Assembly: GCF_018977255.1 (NCBI RefSeq)
Contig: NW_024704748.1
Location: 27,466,001 to 27,530,000, forward strand
DNA: 64,000 nucleotides
Reading direction: 5' to 3'
Origin: Callorhinchus milii
Taxonomy: Eukaryota
The position numbers and the translations under genes were made by a program. The notes under the pieces are model-generated. The model saw nothing but the letters and a program-made list of their open reading frames with translations, was not told the origin of the DNA and did not search any database. How positions within the stretch are numbered: position 1 is the stretch's first letter; every line of letters begins with the position of its first letter. Positions 36,852 to 49,665 of the stretch are shown one piece after another.

Positions 36852-39800
36852 TGCTGAGGAGCTAGATCAGAGGCAGGGCCATTTGAGCTGTGTTATTGCA
36901 ATTGTCACACGCAATGCACTGTGCTGACAGGGGGAGGGAGGAGCAGAGACAGTCAAAGTCTAAAATCCAGATGTGTCCACATGTAAGCAATCTGCTGATT
37001 CTGTTCTTTTGACACAGTGCAGGGAGCAGGGATGGGCCGGGCTGCCTCGCATTGTCTTTACTGAACAATACCACCCCTATAGGTGTAGAGCCGAGGACAA
37101 TACCTTTCCTGCAGATAACAGCAGAGATATAAGGCAGCGATTAGCCAGCAACACCAGGTGAAACTTCAATCAACCAATTGCACTTGGGAAGTGTAACTGG
37201 ATCTGAGTAACACTGCACTACAATGCTCCGAGGCTCCCCATCCTTGTCAAACTGCCTATTACAGATGATTGTGTTGCTGTAAACGACCTCAATGGCAATG
37301 ATTAGCTTACTATGCTCTTTGTCTGGACTGAGATTAAAGACATCTTGAAAGATCCGCAAGAGAAAAGGGAAAGGAAGAACAAGAGGGTGAAGCGATTGCT
37401 GGTCAGAGCGAGGAAGGTAAGTGACGAAGGACGCTGTGACAGGGCACATGGCAAGCTCGCTCACTGACATTCACTCAGTCACACATTAGCACCGTCTCAC
37501 TGCAGGCTGTGCTGGGTTGAGTAATAATAGTAATCCCTGTATTTGATGTAGCGCCTTATCACGTCGTTGAGATGTCTCTCCATCGTTTCAATCCCTCTCT
37601 TCATCGCCTCCACTGTATCTATGTGGTTGCCTCTTGTACCCATTGTCCTGCTCATCTCTGTGCCCTTCCTGGTCATGTCACCTGCAATGCAGACACCTCA
37701 CTCCGAGTTTCCTAGTTCCTGACTGTGTCACTACAAACCGCCGTGTTGGCAATGCACCTGCAAGGAGGGGGGGAGGGGGCTGAGAAGGAGTGCAGGTGGG
37801 GAGAGAGTTTTGTTACTGACAAGTATTTGAAAATAAATAAAAATGTTCAAGCCTTCAAGTTAAGAATCTGTTCACAAATCAATATCATCTTCAAAAGAAA
37901 TCAAACAACCCTCTTCTCCACTCCTGAGGGCGAACCTTAAAAACCTACTGTGGCCTTTCACATCTCTTAAACTCCAATGGGGGGGGGGGGGGCGTGAGGG
38001 GGACAGAAGCTTCAAGTGTCTAACAGGCAGGGCCCTCATAACACCGCACGTGAGGGCATCGCTATCAGCCCGGCTCTGCCTGTTAACTGGTTACATAACA
38101 AACAAACCACGATACTCATCTCAACCTGCCTGAGAAGATGAAAACACGAGGTTGATGCCCACCGGGCTCCATGGGGGTACCATGCTGCTTTGATATCTTC
38201 TGCTCAGTTACTCAGCAAAGAGGTAAGCAGCAGGTAGAATAATAATAATAAGCTTTGCATTTGATACAGCGCCCTATCACATTGTGGAGATTTTTTAAAG
38301 CACTTAACAGAATATACTAAAAAGTGGATTGACTTAATATTCTGTGGGCGAAATGTGGCAGCCAATTATGCGCAGCGGTGTTCCACAAACAGCCGTGCAT
38401 TGAGGAACCAATTTTTTGAGGGATTATTATCCCCAGAAAAGCGATCTGTCAATCAACTAACAACTGGGTTCCTACTGACTGCTGGTAAGGTATTGCCGTG
38501 CCCGGGAGTCAAACCTGGGTACTCTCACTTGTGAGGTGAGATACAGAGATGCTGGAGGGGGGGGGGGGGGGGGGGAGATAGGGATTTTCACGATTGTGAG
38601 AATGGTTTTCTCACGAGCAAAGTGGGAAATGGGGTTCACACCAGTAATACTAACGCAAGTTCAGGACAACTTCAGTGTGTTCGTTCATCAGATATTCCGA
38701 AATATATTATTATATCCAGATTTTCTCTTGGATTTTTTTAAAGCAAAAAAAAACCCTCGAAAAACCCAAACACCCGGGTTTTTATTTTGTAAATAAAAAA
38801 GCTGTTTAAGCGGCCCTTAGGTGTAAACCTTGTGAATAACGTGTCACGTGTGAACCACACCTAAATCACGTGTGAACCACATATGTGCACCATGTGTGAA
38901 ACACGTTGTGCAGAAGGATTATGGGGCCCTTAATGAAAATGATTGAAACTAACCAATGAAAAGGAGCGGTCACTGATTTCTTAATTGTGGACACCTGTTG
39001 TTCTCCTGTACACGTTTACCTGCACTTTACACCTGGCGCATAATACAATCACTGACTGTCAGGTGTTTCCCAGGACAGGTCTGATCCACCTCTCAGGGGT
39101 ACCAGCGCAGGGTGTGGGGGGGAAGGGGGAAGAGCTTTAAGAAATGTACAGACTCAGTATTCTGTCCTGTACGGTCAACACTGTATCTGAAGTGTCAGTC
39201 GTCAGTGCCTCGCTGCAGTCAGTAAGCCAGAGCCGAGCTGCGTAATGCACTGCAGAACACAGGCCCTCTGGCTTCATGTCCTCCTAATTGCTTCCTATGC
39301 TCAGCCAACGTCTTCTTAACTGGAAACAAGGTGTCAGGTACAGAGGTTCCTCTGCTCTCATCAATCTTCTAGGCAATCCGTCAGCCCGGCAGCCTCTCTG
39401 TCCGCGAAGGAGGAAATGGCCTTCCTCTCTCCATTAACCGCCTGTGTCTGTGGACACGGCCGGCGCTGGTGGAATGCGATGGGGGGGGGGGGGGGGCATT
39501 GGTAAGCGGTTGCACAACCAGGGGGAGGGGGGGTGTGGGGGGGTTCCATTTACTTAACCCTTTCAAAACCGCTGCTGTGTCCAAGGAACAAAAAATATTT
39601 AAATCAATACACAAGAGTTTGAACATTGGTTCACACTCACAATCTCTTAAGACGCTTTGAGACGTCTAAACAATGTGATAAGGCGCTATATCAAATGCAA
39701 GGATTATTATTAGTAGTAGTTGAAGGTTGAGGGGGATTTGGAAGTGATGGTTACATTGTGTGGCTCAGCCCCTGGGCCGGGCAGACACTATCTGTGACTT

Positions 39801-41129
39801 TTTCTCCAACAGAAACTTTAATTGACGTAGTGATGTATCGCTGGGGAAAGCATTCACCCCGGCCCGGACACTCCAAGTCATAGCAATGTGCTCTCGGCAA
39901 CATTTATACAAGTTTTTAAGATTGAAACAAACCCGATTCCATCGGGTCTTCATTAGCAATGACACAAAAAGGTCAAGCGAGCATTCTGGTGGGGAGGAGG
40001 GGGGGAAAGAAAGAGAACCGCTCTGTGCTTCCATGCAGAACCAGCTCCCCGACCGTGGAAACATCTACAAAGACTTAAAACACTATCTGCTAATGAAACA
40101 CATTGAGAGCAAGGCTGAGGAATCTCTCTCGTTGGCTCATCCCATCCCCCCCAACGCCTCTTGCTGGAGCATGCAGGAATCCTGCCCCCCCGTCTCGAGC
40201 CTGCTCCCATTCACTCTCCCAAACACATTGCGTATGGAAATGATGGGAATATGTGGCTGAGAGCAAGACGTCCATTGTATGGCCAACGGTGGGGGAGGGG
40301 GAGGGCTGGGAACGGAGCAAACACCATTCCCTGTGTACTCTCATTAAAGCTTCCAAATTCAGCGATAGAGAGAAAGTGAGAGCGAAGGAGAGTGAACAAG
40401 TGCGCGAGAGAGAGAGACAGAAAAAAAGGATGAGATGAAAGAGAGAAGAATTGACGCACTGTGCGGGCATCTCAGAGAGAGACTGTGGGTACAGGCGGCC
40501 TGGGAGGCAATGGGGAAAAGAGAAAGTATTTTTACATATATTAAAAAAAACGCAAAAGGATGCAATGTCAAAGGTTGCGTGTCCTGACTTGTGAGAAAGC
40601 GGTGAGTCAGAGCGGGTTCTATCAGACAATAAAATCCCTTTGAAAATGTGGCAGTAACAGCAGCAACAATTGTGCAGATGTGGTTGATGGGTTCCTCACA
40701 ACTACATAGGATTCTTCCCTCCCCTCCTCTCTCCCCCCTCACCCTCCCTCCCTCCCTCCCCAAACACACATTGGGATGCTTCTCTCTCCAGTGCTTTCAG
40801 GACCCTCCCTTCACCGTAGTGGCCACAGAACCCACCCCCTCCACCCACCCATTGACAGGCCTTTCATGCTCACCGGCCTCTCTCCACATCATCAGCACCG
40901 CTGCCCTACCCCCTCCATCAGCACCACAATGTCACAGGTAGCCGGCAAAGGGTTCGGGGCACTATTAAACGCTCTGCATTTTCTTCAAAGATTAAACCGT
41001 GAAAACACTGCAGGACAAAGGGGCGACTCACTCCCTCCGCCCATTAGACACATGCAGAAACTAAACTAAAACCAAAATTCCTTGTAACGACAGTCGCTTT
41101 GTGAAGAAGATTTTAAATTGAAGAACTCA

Positions 41130-41345
41130 GGACTGTACTATCATAAGAACAATTTGCTGGCAAAAGAAGACCAAAGTCCATACAGATTTCCTTCCACCAT
41201 CCCGGCAGTCGCTTGATATGTCATGTCCCCAATATATACTGTATCCCCAGATATTATGTTCCAGCAGAAATCTATCTAATTTGTTCTTGAAACAAACAAC
41301 CTTCTGCTTCCACCATCTGTTTCCCCAGGGAGCCTGTTCCATACA
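41130..41345 (-). mobile_element. CR1 3'-end fragment
   Basis: Translation VVCFKNKLDRFL..GY, cataagaac tail. Confidence 0.7.
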
Positions 41346-42359
41346 TTTACTACTCTTCTTTATTCTTTATCAGCCTTTATTCTTTCCCGGAGGGGGAAAG
41401 AGAACAGTTAGAAAGCCATGAACTGCAAAGTCTTGTGGAGAGTGAGAAGTTTTACCGTTGAGACTAACCCTCACAGTGAAGTGGGGAAGAGCACTGGGTT
41501 TACTTTGCAATAAGAGGGCAGGTGGATTTATGTTTATAATAAACCTTGTGTTTGATACAGCACCTTACCACGTTCTTGAGACGTCTCAAAGCGATTTCAT
41601 AGGAAATTCCCATCCCTTTTTGAATCGTAGGATCTTTAACATCCACCTGTAACAGGCAGGTGGGACCTCAGTTTAAAAAAAAATTCTGCCAAAAGACAAT
41701 ACACACTATTTCCCAGATCTGAGGACAGATGTAGGTGAGGACGACAGCGGGATGTGTGTGGTGTGCTGTTGGCTTTGAAGTGAATGCTGAAGTATGGAAA
41801 CAGATTGCAAAGAGCTCCTTCCAATTACCAACTGGCCCAGTAGAGTGAGCCCCTGTGACACGGCTGGACAGTCCACAATGGCCTTTGGTATGCACATACT
41901 GCCACGATTCTACACAAATACTTGTCCAGTTTTTAATCCAGGCTTCATACAGCCAGACCAGGAACATTCTTGTAAGTAACAATTAAATGCTTCACAGGGT
42001 CACTTGGAATCCCTGTTCATTGGTTAATTATACACCTGTAACACCCTCTGTGCACATCTGTACCCACACTAATTACGGACGGTCCATGGACTATGTGCTC
42101 CTGAGTTGGATGACAGAGCTCCCTCTAGTGGCAGCAATCCATTATGTCAGCATTTCCATTGACCTCAAAGGTGCCACACACGGTCTAATTGTAGGCACAT
42201 ATACAGTGGTGAAGCTGTGACAGTATGCTGGGAGAGGTACAGGGTAGGACATGGGGAAGAGCACAGCAAGGAACACACTGTTCCAATGACTACCTCAGTC
42301 AAGAAGCTTCCAGCCCCTGGCTTCCCTGCTGGGTCAGCGGGTTTACTCAGCCAGGAATT

Positions 42360-42615
42360 GAGTAATACAACAACTTGCATTAAACAGCGCCCTTCAGGTG
42401 GAGCAACGTCTCAGAGCGCTTAACAGTGGCGGAGCCTGGCGCTGAGCTGGGGGGAGGGATCAGGTGACCGTAAGTATGGTCAAAGAGGAAGGTCTTCAGT
42501 TGTGATCTAAAAAAGGAAAATGAGGGGGGAAGGCGGAGGGATTGAGGAAGAGAGTTCAAAAGCTTTGGGGCGTAATGGCTGGAAGCACACACGCTGATGG
42601 TGGAGAGGTGGGGTG
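42360..42615 (-). mobile_element. L2 3' fragment
   Basis: HYAPKLLNSLPQSLR..LKTFLFD plus tail. Confidence 0.75.
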
Positions 42616-43229
42616 GTGTTTACCATGTCCTTCAGACCAGGAAGGTCCCAATTTTAAACTCTGTCTGTTCTGAGGGAGCTGACCTTTGGGAAGAGTGGGT
42701 GGGGGAATAGGACCCTTTAATTGGTATCAGTGCCTTCCGTGGTTTGAGATAGGATAAACAAAAATCCCCCTGGTGTGTGGAGATTGGGTGAGGATGGGCT
42801 CAGTTCTGATATCCTCTGTGGTTCTATACTGTGCCAACACTCACTGTCTGCCTTCACAGAACAACAGCCACTGGGCGTGTGGGGAGGGGGGTACCCGCAC
42901 TACGTATCTCTAGTGAATGGAAAATGGAGTCAAATACCTTCAGGAGGAATTTCACCTCAAAATACGCAGTCACTCCACCTTACAGTAAAACCTACAAGGC
43001 TTTTAGCTATAGTGAAGATGTGATAAGGCACAAATGCAATGATTATCTTACTAATATAACCACACTTACATGTGTTACAGCTCCTTATCCTGTCTTCAAG
43101 ATGTCTCAAGATTTTACTGTAAAGTATATGTACTTGAAGAAATCGGCAGCCAATTTGTGCGCAGCAATCTGCCACAAACAGCCAATATATTATTAATAAT
43201 AATCCTTGCACTTGATATCGTGCCTTACC

Positions 43230-44160
43230 ACAGCAAGAAGATTACATTTATATAGCGCCTTTCATATCGGGAGGACGTTCCAAGGCGCTGGACAGTGTAC
43301 AGCATTTCAGACCCGAGCTGGGGGGTGAGGGGGGGTGGGAGAAGGGAGGGGAGGGGAAGGGGGGTGACTGATGGCATGGTCGAAGAGCAGGGTCTTGAGG
43401 TGAGATTTGAGTGAAGCTAAGGTGGGGGCAAGGCTGAGTGATTGTGGGATGGAATTCCAGAGGTTGGGGGCAGAGTGGCTGAAGGTTCTCCTGCCAATGG
43501 TGGGGCGGGTGGGTCGGGGGATGTGGAGCAGCCAGAGTTGGCTGAGCAGAGGGAGCGGGCAGGTTAGTAGGGGGTTAGGAGGTCACAGAGGTAGGGTGGG
43601 GCGAGACCATGGAGGGCTTTGTAGGTGAGGACCAGGATTTTGAACTGGATCCTCTGAAGGATAGGGAGCCAATGGAGTCGGGAGAGAATGGGGGAGATGG
43701 GGTCACGGAGTTTGGTGCGGGAGAGGACATGGGCTGCAGAGTTCTGGATTATCTGCAGCCTGTGAGGGGAGGGGTTGGGAAGGCCAACACGCAGGCGTTT
43801 GCATAGTCGAGCCTGGAGGTGATGAAGGCATGAACAAGAGTTTCAGCGCCTGAGGGGTGAGGTAGTGGCGGAGTCGGGCGATGTTACGGAGGTGAGGGAG
43901 GGCAGAGCGGGTCATGGCTTGGATGTGGGGAAGAAGACAGTTGAGGGTCGAACAAGACCCCCAGGTTCCTGACTGGTTGGTGAGTTGTAGTGAGCTGTAG
44001 TGTATAACCATGGAGGTGATGCTGCCGGAGCCTGAGGTGCTGAGGCACTGGTGTGAGCCAATCAGGAGGGCCTCAGTCTTGTTCACATTCAACTGTAGGA
44101 AATTTGCCCTCATCCAGGACTTGATGTCGGACAGGCAGTCCACATCATTGAGACAGATCA
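43230..44160 (-). mobile_element. L2 LINE 3' ~0.9 kb
   Basis: CLSDIKSWMRANFLQLNVNKTEALLIG...LRNIARLRHYLTP, frameshifted. Confidence 0.9.
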
Positions 44161-44699
44161 AAAGCCTTCACAGCATATCCTGTAAAGTGTAGTGACTGTA
44201 TATTTTGTAAGGCAAAACGCAGCAGCTAATTTGCACACAGCAATGTTCCACAAGCAGCCATGAAATGAGAGATCATATAGTTATTTGGGGGGTTGTCACC
44301 GGGAGAGAGAAACTGCCTCTATCAAATGCGAGGATTATTTTACTTTTATATTGATGGAGCGCTCAGGAACATGACCCCATGTGAAGTGCGCTATGTGAGG
44401 GCATTCTGCTGCTGTTAAGAGGCTGAGGCCACAGTGTATAAAAAGGAATTGAGTAATTGTGAAGAGGAAGAATATTGAAAGTTTGGGGGTGAGCAGGAAG
44501 TGGGATCAGAGTAGCCTGCTATGCCTAAGGTTCTCATTAATGTTATTTCCTCCACGATGAAGAAGATCAGTATTAGGAATCGAATACTTGTCTAAACCCA
44601 TGTCTCAGTGTCAGCAGTTGAACTCCATAAAAGCCAATATATCTGTGGATATTTCCATTTCCCAGAACAACTGCTGAACCTCCGGATTAGGCGCCGACA

Positions 44700-45530
44700 C
44701 CATCAGCATCCAAGGCTGCACTCTCCACCTTTCAAAGCCAGTCAGGAACCTCGGCGTTTTGTTCGACCCTGAGCTGTCCTTTCTCCCTCACATCCGCACT
44801 ACAACTGGCACCGCCTTCCATCACCTTCGGAACATCGCCAGACTACGGCATTACCTGACCCCTCACGCTGCTGAAACCCTGGTCCACGCCTTTGTCACCT
44901 CAAGGCTGGACTATGGGAACTCTCTCCTCGTCGGCCTTCCCGCCACCTCCCTCCACACTGCAGGTCATTCAGAACTCTGCAGCTCGTGTACTGTCCCGCA
45001 CCAGACACCGCGACCACATCACTCCCACCCTCGCCCTCACCCTCGCCCTCGCTCGCCTCCACTGGCTCCCCATCCCCCAGAGGATTGATTTCAAGATCCT
45101 CATCCTCACCTACAAGGCCATTCACGGCCTCGCTCCCTCCTACCTCACCAACCTACTATCCCCCTACCTACCTGCCCGTACCCTCCGTTCCTCTGGCTCC
45201 GGTCTGCTCCACGTCCCCCGCCCCAACCGCCCTACCATCGGTGGTCGGGCCTTCAGCCTCTCAGCCCCCAGGCTCTGGAACTCCATCCCCCAGTGCCTTC
45301 GCCGCTTCCTCCCTTTCCTCCTTCAAGGCCGGTCTCAAAACCTTTCTCTTTGACCGAACCTTCAGCTCCGCTCTCGCCTCTCTTCCCCCTCCTCGCTCCC
45401 TCCCTTCCCTCCCCTCACCCTGACCATTTCCCCCCTGCTCGGGTCATGACCCAACTGTGCAGCGCCTTGGGACGTCCTCCTGACGTGAAAGGCGCTTTAT
45501 AAATGGAATCTTGTTGTTGTTGTTGTTGTA
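44700..45530 (+). mobile_element. L2 LINE 3' ~0.8 kb, relatively young
   Basis: FDPELSFLPHI...AETLVHAFVTSRLDYGNSLL...LHWLPIPQRIDFKIL...; (ttg)n tail at ~45510. Confidence 0.92.
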
Positions 45531-45871
45531 GATTCCAGCCTGTAACTCGTATTGTGCTAATCACAGTACATCAGTCCTTACTCATATACTTTTTAATTAT
45601 TAATTTTGTTTAATTTTAAGGTAACATTTTAGAGTGTGCAGCTATTACAGGAGATGTCTTTCATTGTGTGTATTTGCAAAAGTTTTTGTCACCAAGTTAC
45701 ATGTAAACGTCTACACAGTGATGCAGTTTGAACATCTCATATAGACCTATGAGTAAGGACTTTAATCACCCTGGATATAAAGGCCTGAAGCTGTGAAGGG
45801 CGAGCTCCAGCACGCTCTGTGCCGAGGTATCCTTGTTGTGACTGTAGGTTTATACCTGGAGACGATGGACT

Positions 45872-46235
45872 ATAATAATAATCCTTGCATTTGATATAGC
45901 ACCTTATCACGTCTTCAAGATCTCAATTCACAGGATATACTGTAAAGTGTAGTGACTGTGTATTTTGTGGGCGAAACGCAGCAGGCAATTGCACATAGCA
46001 GCATCCCACAACGGTCATGGCCTGAGTGACCAAATTATTATTATTTTTTAAATTATATTTTTGAAGGGAAAGCGATCCACCAATCGACTAACAACTGGGT
46101 ACTTACCTACTGCTAGGAAAGCAGAGGCGTGTGGAGTAAGGAAACAGGGCCAACATTTTGCCCTGAACGGGAATCGAACCCAGGTCCTCTCGCTTTCAAG
46201 CGTGCGCTCTAACCACTGAGCTACAAAACTCCACA
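45872..46235 (-). mobile_element. Full-length SINE, dominant family
   Basis: Head, body and tail match. Confidence 0.88.
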
Positions 46236-48919
46236 GGTTCTGCAGAGAGTGAAAAGTCAGTGGAGGCTAAAGGCAGAGGTGGTGTGTAAGGGTTAATGAT
46301 AAAAGGGCCAGTTTATAATCCCTTTTGATGAGGAGGTGAGGTTTTTACTGCCTGCGTGTCTCACTTCCAGAATTAATCAGCTCCTGGGTGAAAATTTACA
46401 GCTGGTCCCCGTCGTGCCTCAGCGATCTGTGGGCCAAAGAGCTATTTTACATTAATTCCACACTTCCACTGGGGAGATGCAATGGCCAAATTATCTATTG
46501 GCAGGGCCATGATCAAAGGAGGGGGAACAAAGGAGGTCGGTGCAACACAGAGTGAAAGTAACTACAAGGCAGGTCCTGAAAAAAAGTGCTTCTCAACGGA
46601 GAAACAATGAGACATTCAGATTGAAGTGTCACTGCGTTTTTTCATCTACTTGATGAAAAGGCTGAACACTTGACTGCCACTATCCCACAACGTGTACCTT
46701 CCCCGGCATAATATCACAGCAGGGACGCTCTTTTGGTCATTTTTCATCTGTTTCACGGCTCCCATCCCCCTCCCCCCCACTCCTCTGGGGGGGGGGGGGG
46801 AGAAGAAATACTAACCACTTTGATGTTCAGAGGCTTTTTTTAAAAAAAGTTACTGGCATCTCCCTTCTGGTCTAGCTCTCCCTCATCTACCTCTCTCTCC
46901 CCCGCACAGCACCCTAATCACCAGCCACACTTGCCCATTCCTCGGTTCTTCACAGGATAATGGTAATAATAATACTTACATCTGGCACAGCACTTTTATC
47001 ACGTTGTTGAGATGTCTCAAAGCACTTCACAGAATATATTATAAAGTGGAGTCACTGTGTATTTTGTGGGTAAAACGAGGCAATGAATTGCACACAGCAG
47101 TGTCCCACAAACAGTTGTGCATTGAGTAAACCAATTTTTTTATTTCTTTTTGGAGGGATTCTTACTCCTAGAAAGCGATCCATCAATTGACTAACAACCA
47201 GGTTCTTACTTACTACTAGGTAAACAGAGACGCGTGGAGTAACTTGCCTAAGCTCTTGCCCCGACCGGGAATCAAACCCACGTCCTATCGCTTGCGAGGT
47301 GAGTGCTACAGGACTCCACAGTGTAAAGTGTACTGACTTTTTAGCCAATTTGCAGATAGCAACATTCCACAAACAGCCACAAAAAAGTGACAACTTTATA
47401 AATTTTGGGGAGTTGTTGGCTAGGACGCCGGGGGAAATTCCCATTGCAGTGTGGATAGAGTAAGAAATGAAAGATTTAGAACATATCGTTTTAGGAGGTG
47501 TTGAAGGCAGGGAAAAGTAGAGGTTTTATAATACTAACTCCTACTTTTCATACAACGGCTTTCACGTTGGGAGGCCGTCCCAAAGTGCTTCACAGTATAT
47601 ACTGTAAAACGTGGTGACTGCGCTTTGTGGGCAACACTGTAGCCAAGTTTTAGGAGAGAGTTCCAGAGGACAGGGTCATGGTGGATGAAGACTCAACCAC
47701 TGATAGTGGAGCAGAGGGAGTGAGGAGTGAGCAATATATCAGTCAAGAGCGCGGAGGGACGGGCTGGAATGTAGCGCTGGAGAAAATTTAAATGCCATGG
47801 GATGTACTCCCAATGTGAATGGTGCTGCATAAATGTAAATTGTATTGTAGTGTACTGCACAGGTAGGGTGGGGAGGTTGTGGATGGATTTGAAGACCAAA
47901 ATCTTAAACCCAACACTCTATCAGGGACTGTGAGCCAAAGCAGCCTGGCAAGGATGGGAGTCAATGGCGTAGTGGGTGTGTGGAGAGATATCAGGTGGCA
48001 GACCTCTGTCTCGGTTGAAGTTTAATATAACAATAATCCTTGCATTTGATATCGCACCTTATCACATCGTTGATACGTCTCAAAGAGCTTCACAGGATAT
48101 ACTTGTGGATGAAACGCTACAGCCAGTTGCGCACAGCAGCGTCCCACACACATCCATGAAGTGAACAACCAATTTTATTGACTTATTTAGTGATGGGGGG
48201 AATTATTCCACCTAGAAAGTGATCGACCAATCAACTAACAACTGAGTTCCTACTTATTGCTAGGTAAACAGAGGTGTGTGGAGAAAGTTAACATAGAAAA
48301 GAGAAGGGAGTTTCTCTCTCCCAATGTGCTGGCCAACAATCCCCCAGATAAATGACCATTCACTTCATTGCTGTTTGTGGCATCTCGCTGTGCAAAAATT
48401 GGCTGCCGACAAAAACATAGTCACTACACCTGACAGCAATTGGCTGTGAAGCGCTGTGAGACGTTGTGACATTACAGGGCGCTGTATCAAATGCAAGGAT
48501 TATTATTAGTAACAAAAGCCGTGGGTCTGTACCACTTGTTTGTAGAACATGTTCCTCTGAATTAGGCCGGGAACAAAGGGACATTTTTTAACCTCTGCCC
48601 CTTCCCGAGCAAAACCTTCAAACCTTCTAATTTCCCTCTTAACCCTTCACCGACCCATTGTCTCAGCTGAAAGGCTGCCCCCATGACACGCAGTGTCTAC
48701 CACTGGTAAGTTATCTTTGAACTTTCCCTTTTATTTCTCAGCTGACTCTTAAAGGAGAAAGCACCACATGATTTTAATAGATTATGAAAACTTTTTTTAA
48801 TAATTTAAAAAATATTCACTGATCAACTCAGAAGCGACTGCTTCTAAACAAAGATATTGGTTTTCCTGACGATTGATTATTGATAACTTGAATAGGAATC
48901 TTAACTCAATCATTCCTGT

Positions 48920-49302
48920 AGAGTCCTGAGTGTAGTGGTTAGAGCACTCGTCTCAAAAGTGAAAAGACTTGGGTTCGATTCAGGGGCACTGTAAAACTTT
49001 GGGCAGGTTTCCTTACTCAAAACCCCTCGCTTTACCTAGCAGTAATTAGTAATTAAAAAGCAGTTGTTAGTCAATTAGCAGATCGTTTTCTGGGAGGGGG
49101 TGGTGAACAATCCCTTCAAAAAATAAATAATAATTTTGGTCACTTCAATCCCCGACTGTTTGTGGGACGCTGCTGTGCGCAATCAGCTACAGGCTTTCAC
49201 CCACAAAATATAGTCAATTCACTTTACAGTATATTCTGTGAAGCGCTTTGAGACGTCGCAAAGATGTGATAAGGCGCTATACCAAATGCAGGATTATTAT
49301 TT
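48920..49302 (+). mobile_element. Full-length SINE, dominant family
   Basis: Head, body and tail match. Confidence 0.85.
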
Positions 49303-49424
49303 TGTAATTCTACATTAAGCCTCTCAATGAGACCAACCTGTACTGCACTCCCAGGATCTCTTATTCTATGTATGAATCACCCGAACCCCACCATTAGAAT
49401 CGAGTCTGTAACTCACTGCTGGGA

Positions 49425-49665
49425 TCAATGCGATCAAGCTCAGCAGGCTCTGGCATGCTCCATGTCTCCCGCTCAACCCACCCTACCATCAGCGGCTGGG
49501 CTTTCAGCCTCTCTGCCCCCACTCTTTGGAATTCCATCCCACAATCCCTTCGCCTCACTCCCTCTCTTGCCTCCTTCAAGGCACGACTCAAGACCCTCCT
49601 TTTTAACTGTGCCTTCAGCCCTCCCTCGTCCCAACCCCCACACTCTCGGGTCCTGATCCCTGACT
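49425..49665 (+). mobile_element. L2 3' fragment
   Basis: TISGWAFSLSAPTLWNSIPQSLR..FKARLKTLLF. Confidence 0.8.

Noticed and set aside
37141-37470. 109-aa ORF, and similar ORFs at 39886-40260 and 49428-50081
   Set aside because: No recognisable domain or exon structure; partly L2-derived or chance ORFs in non-coding sequence.
45700-45800. Possible C/D-box snoRNA (gtgatgc...ctga)
   Set aside because: Imperfect C box, no terminal stem, and no recognisable guide.
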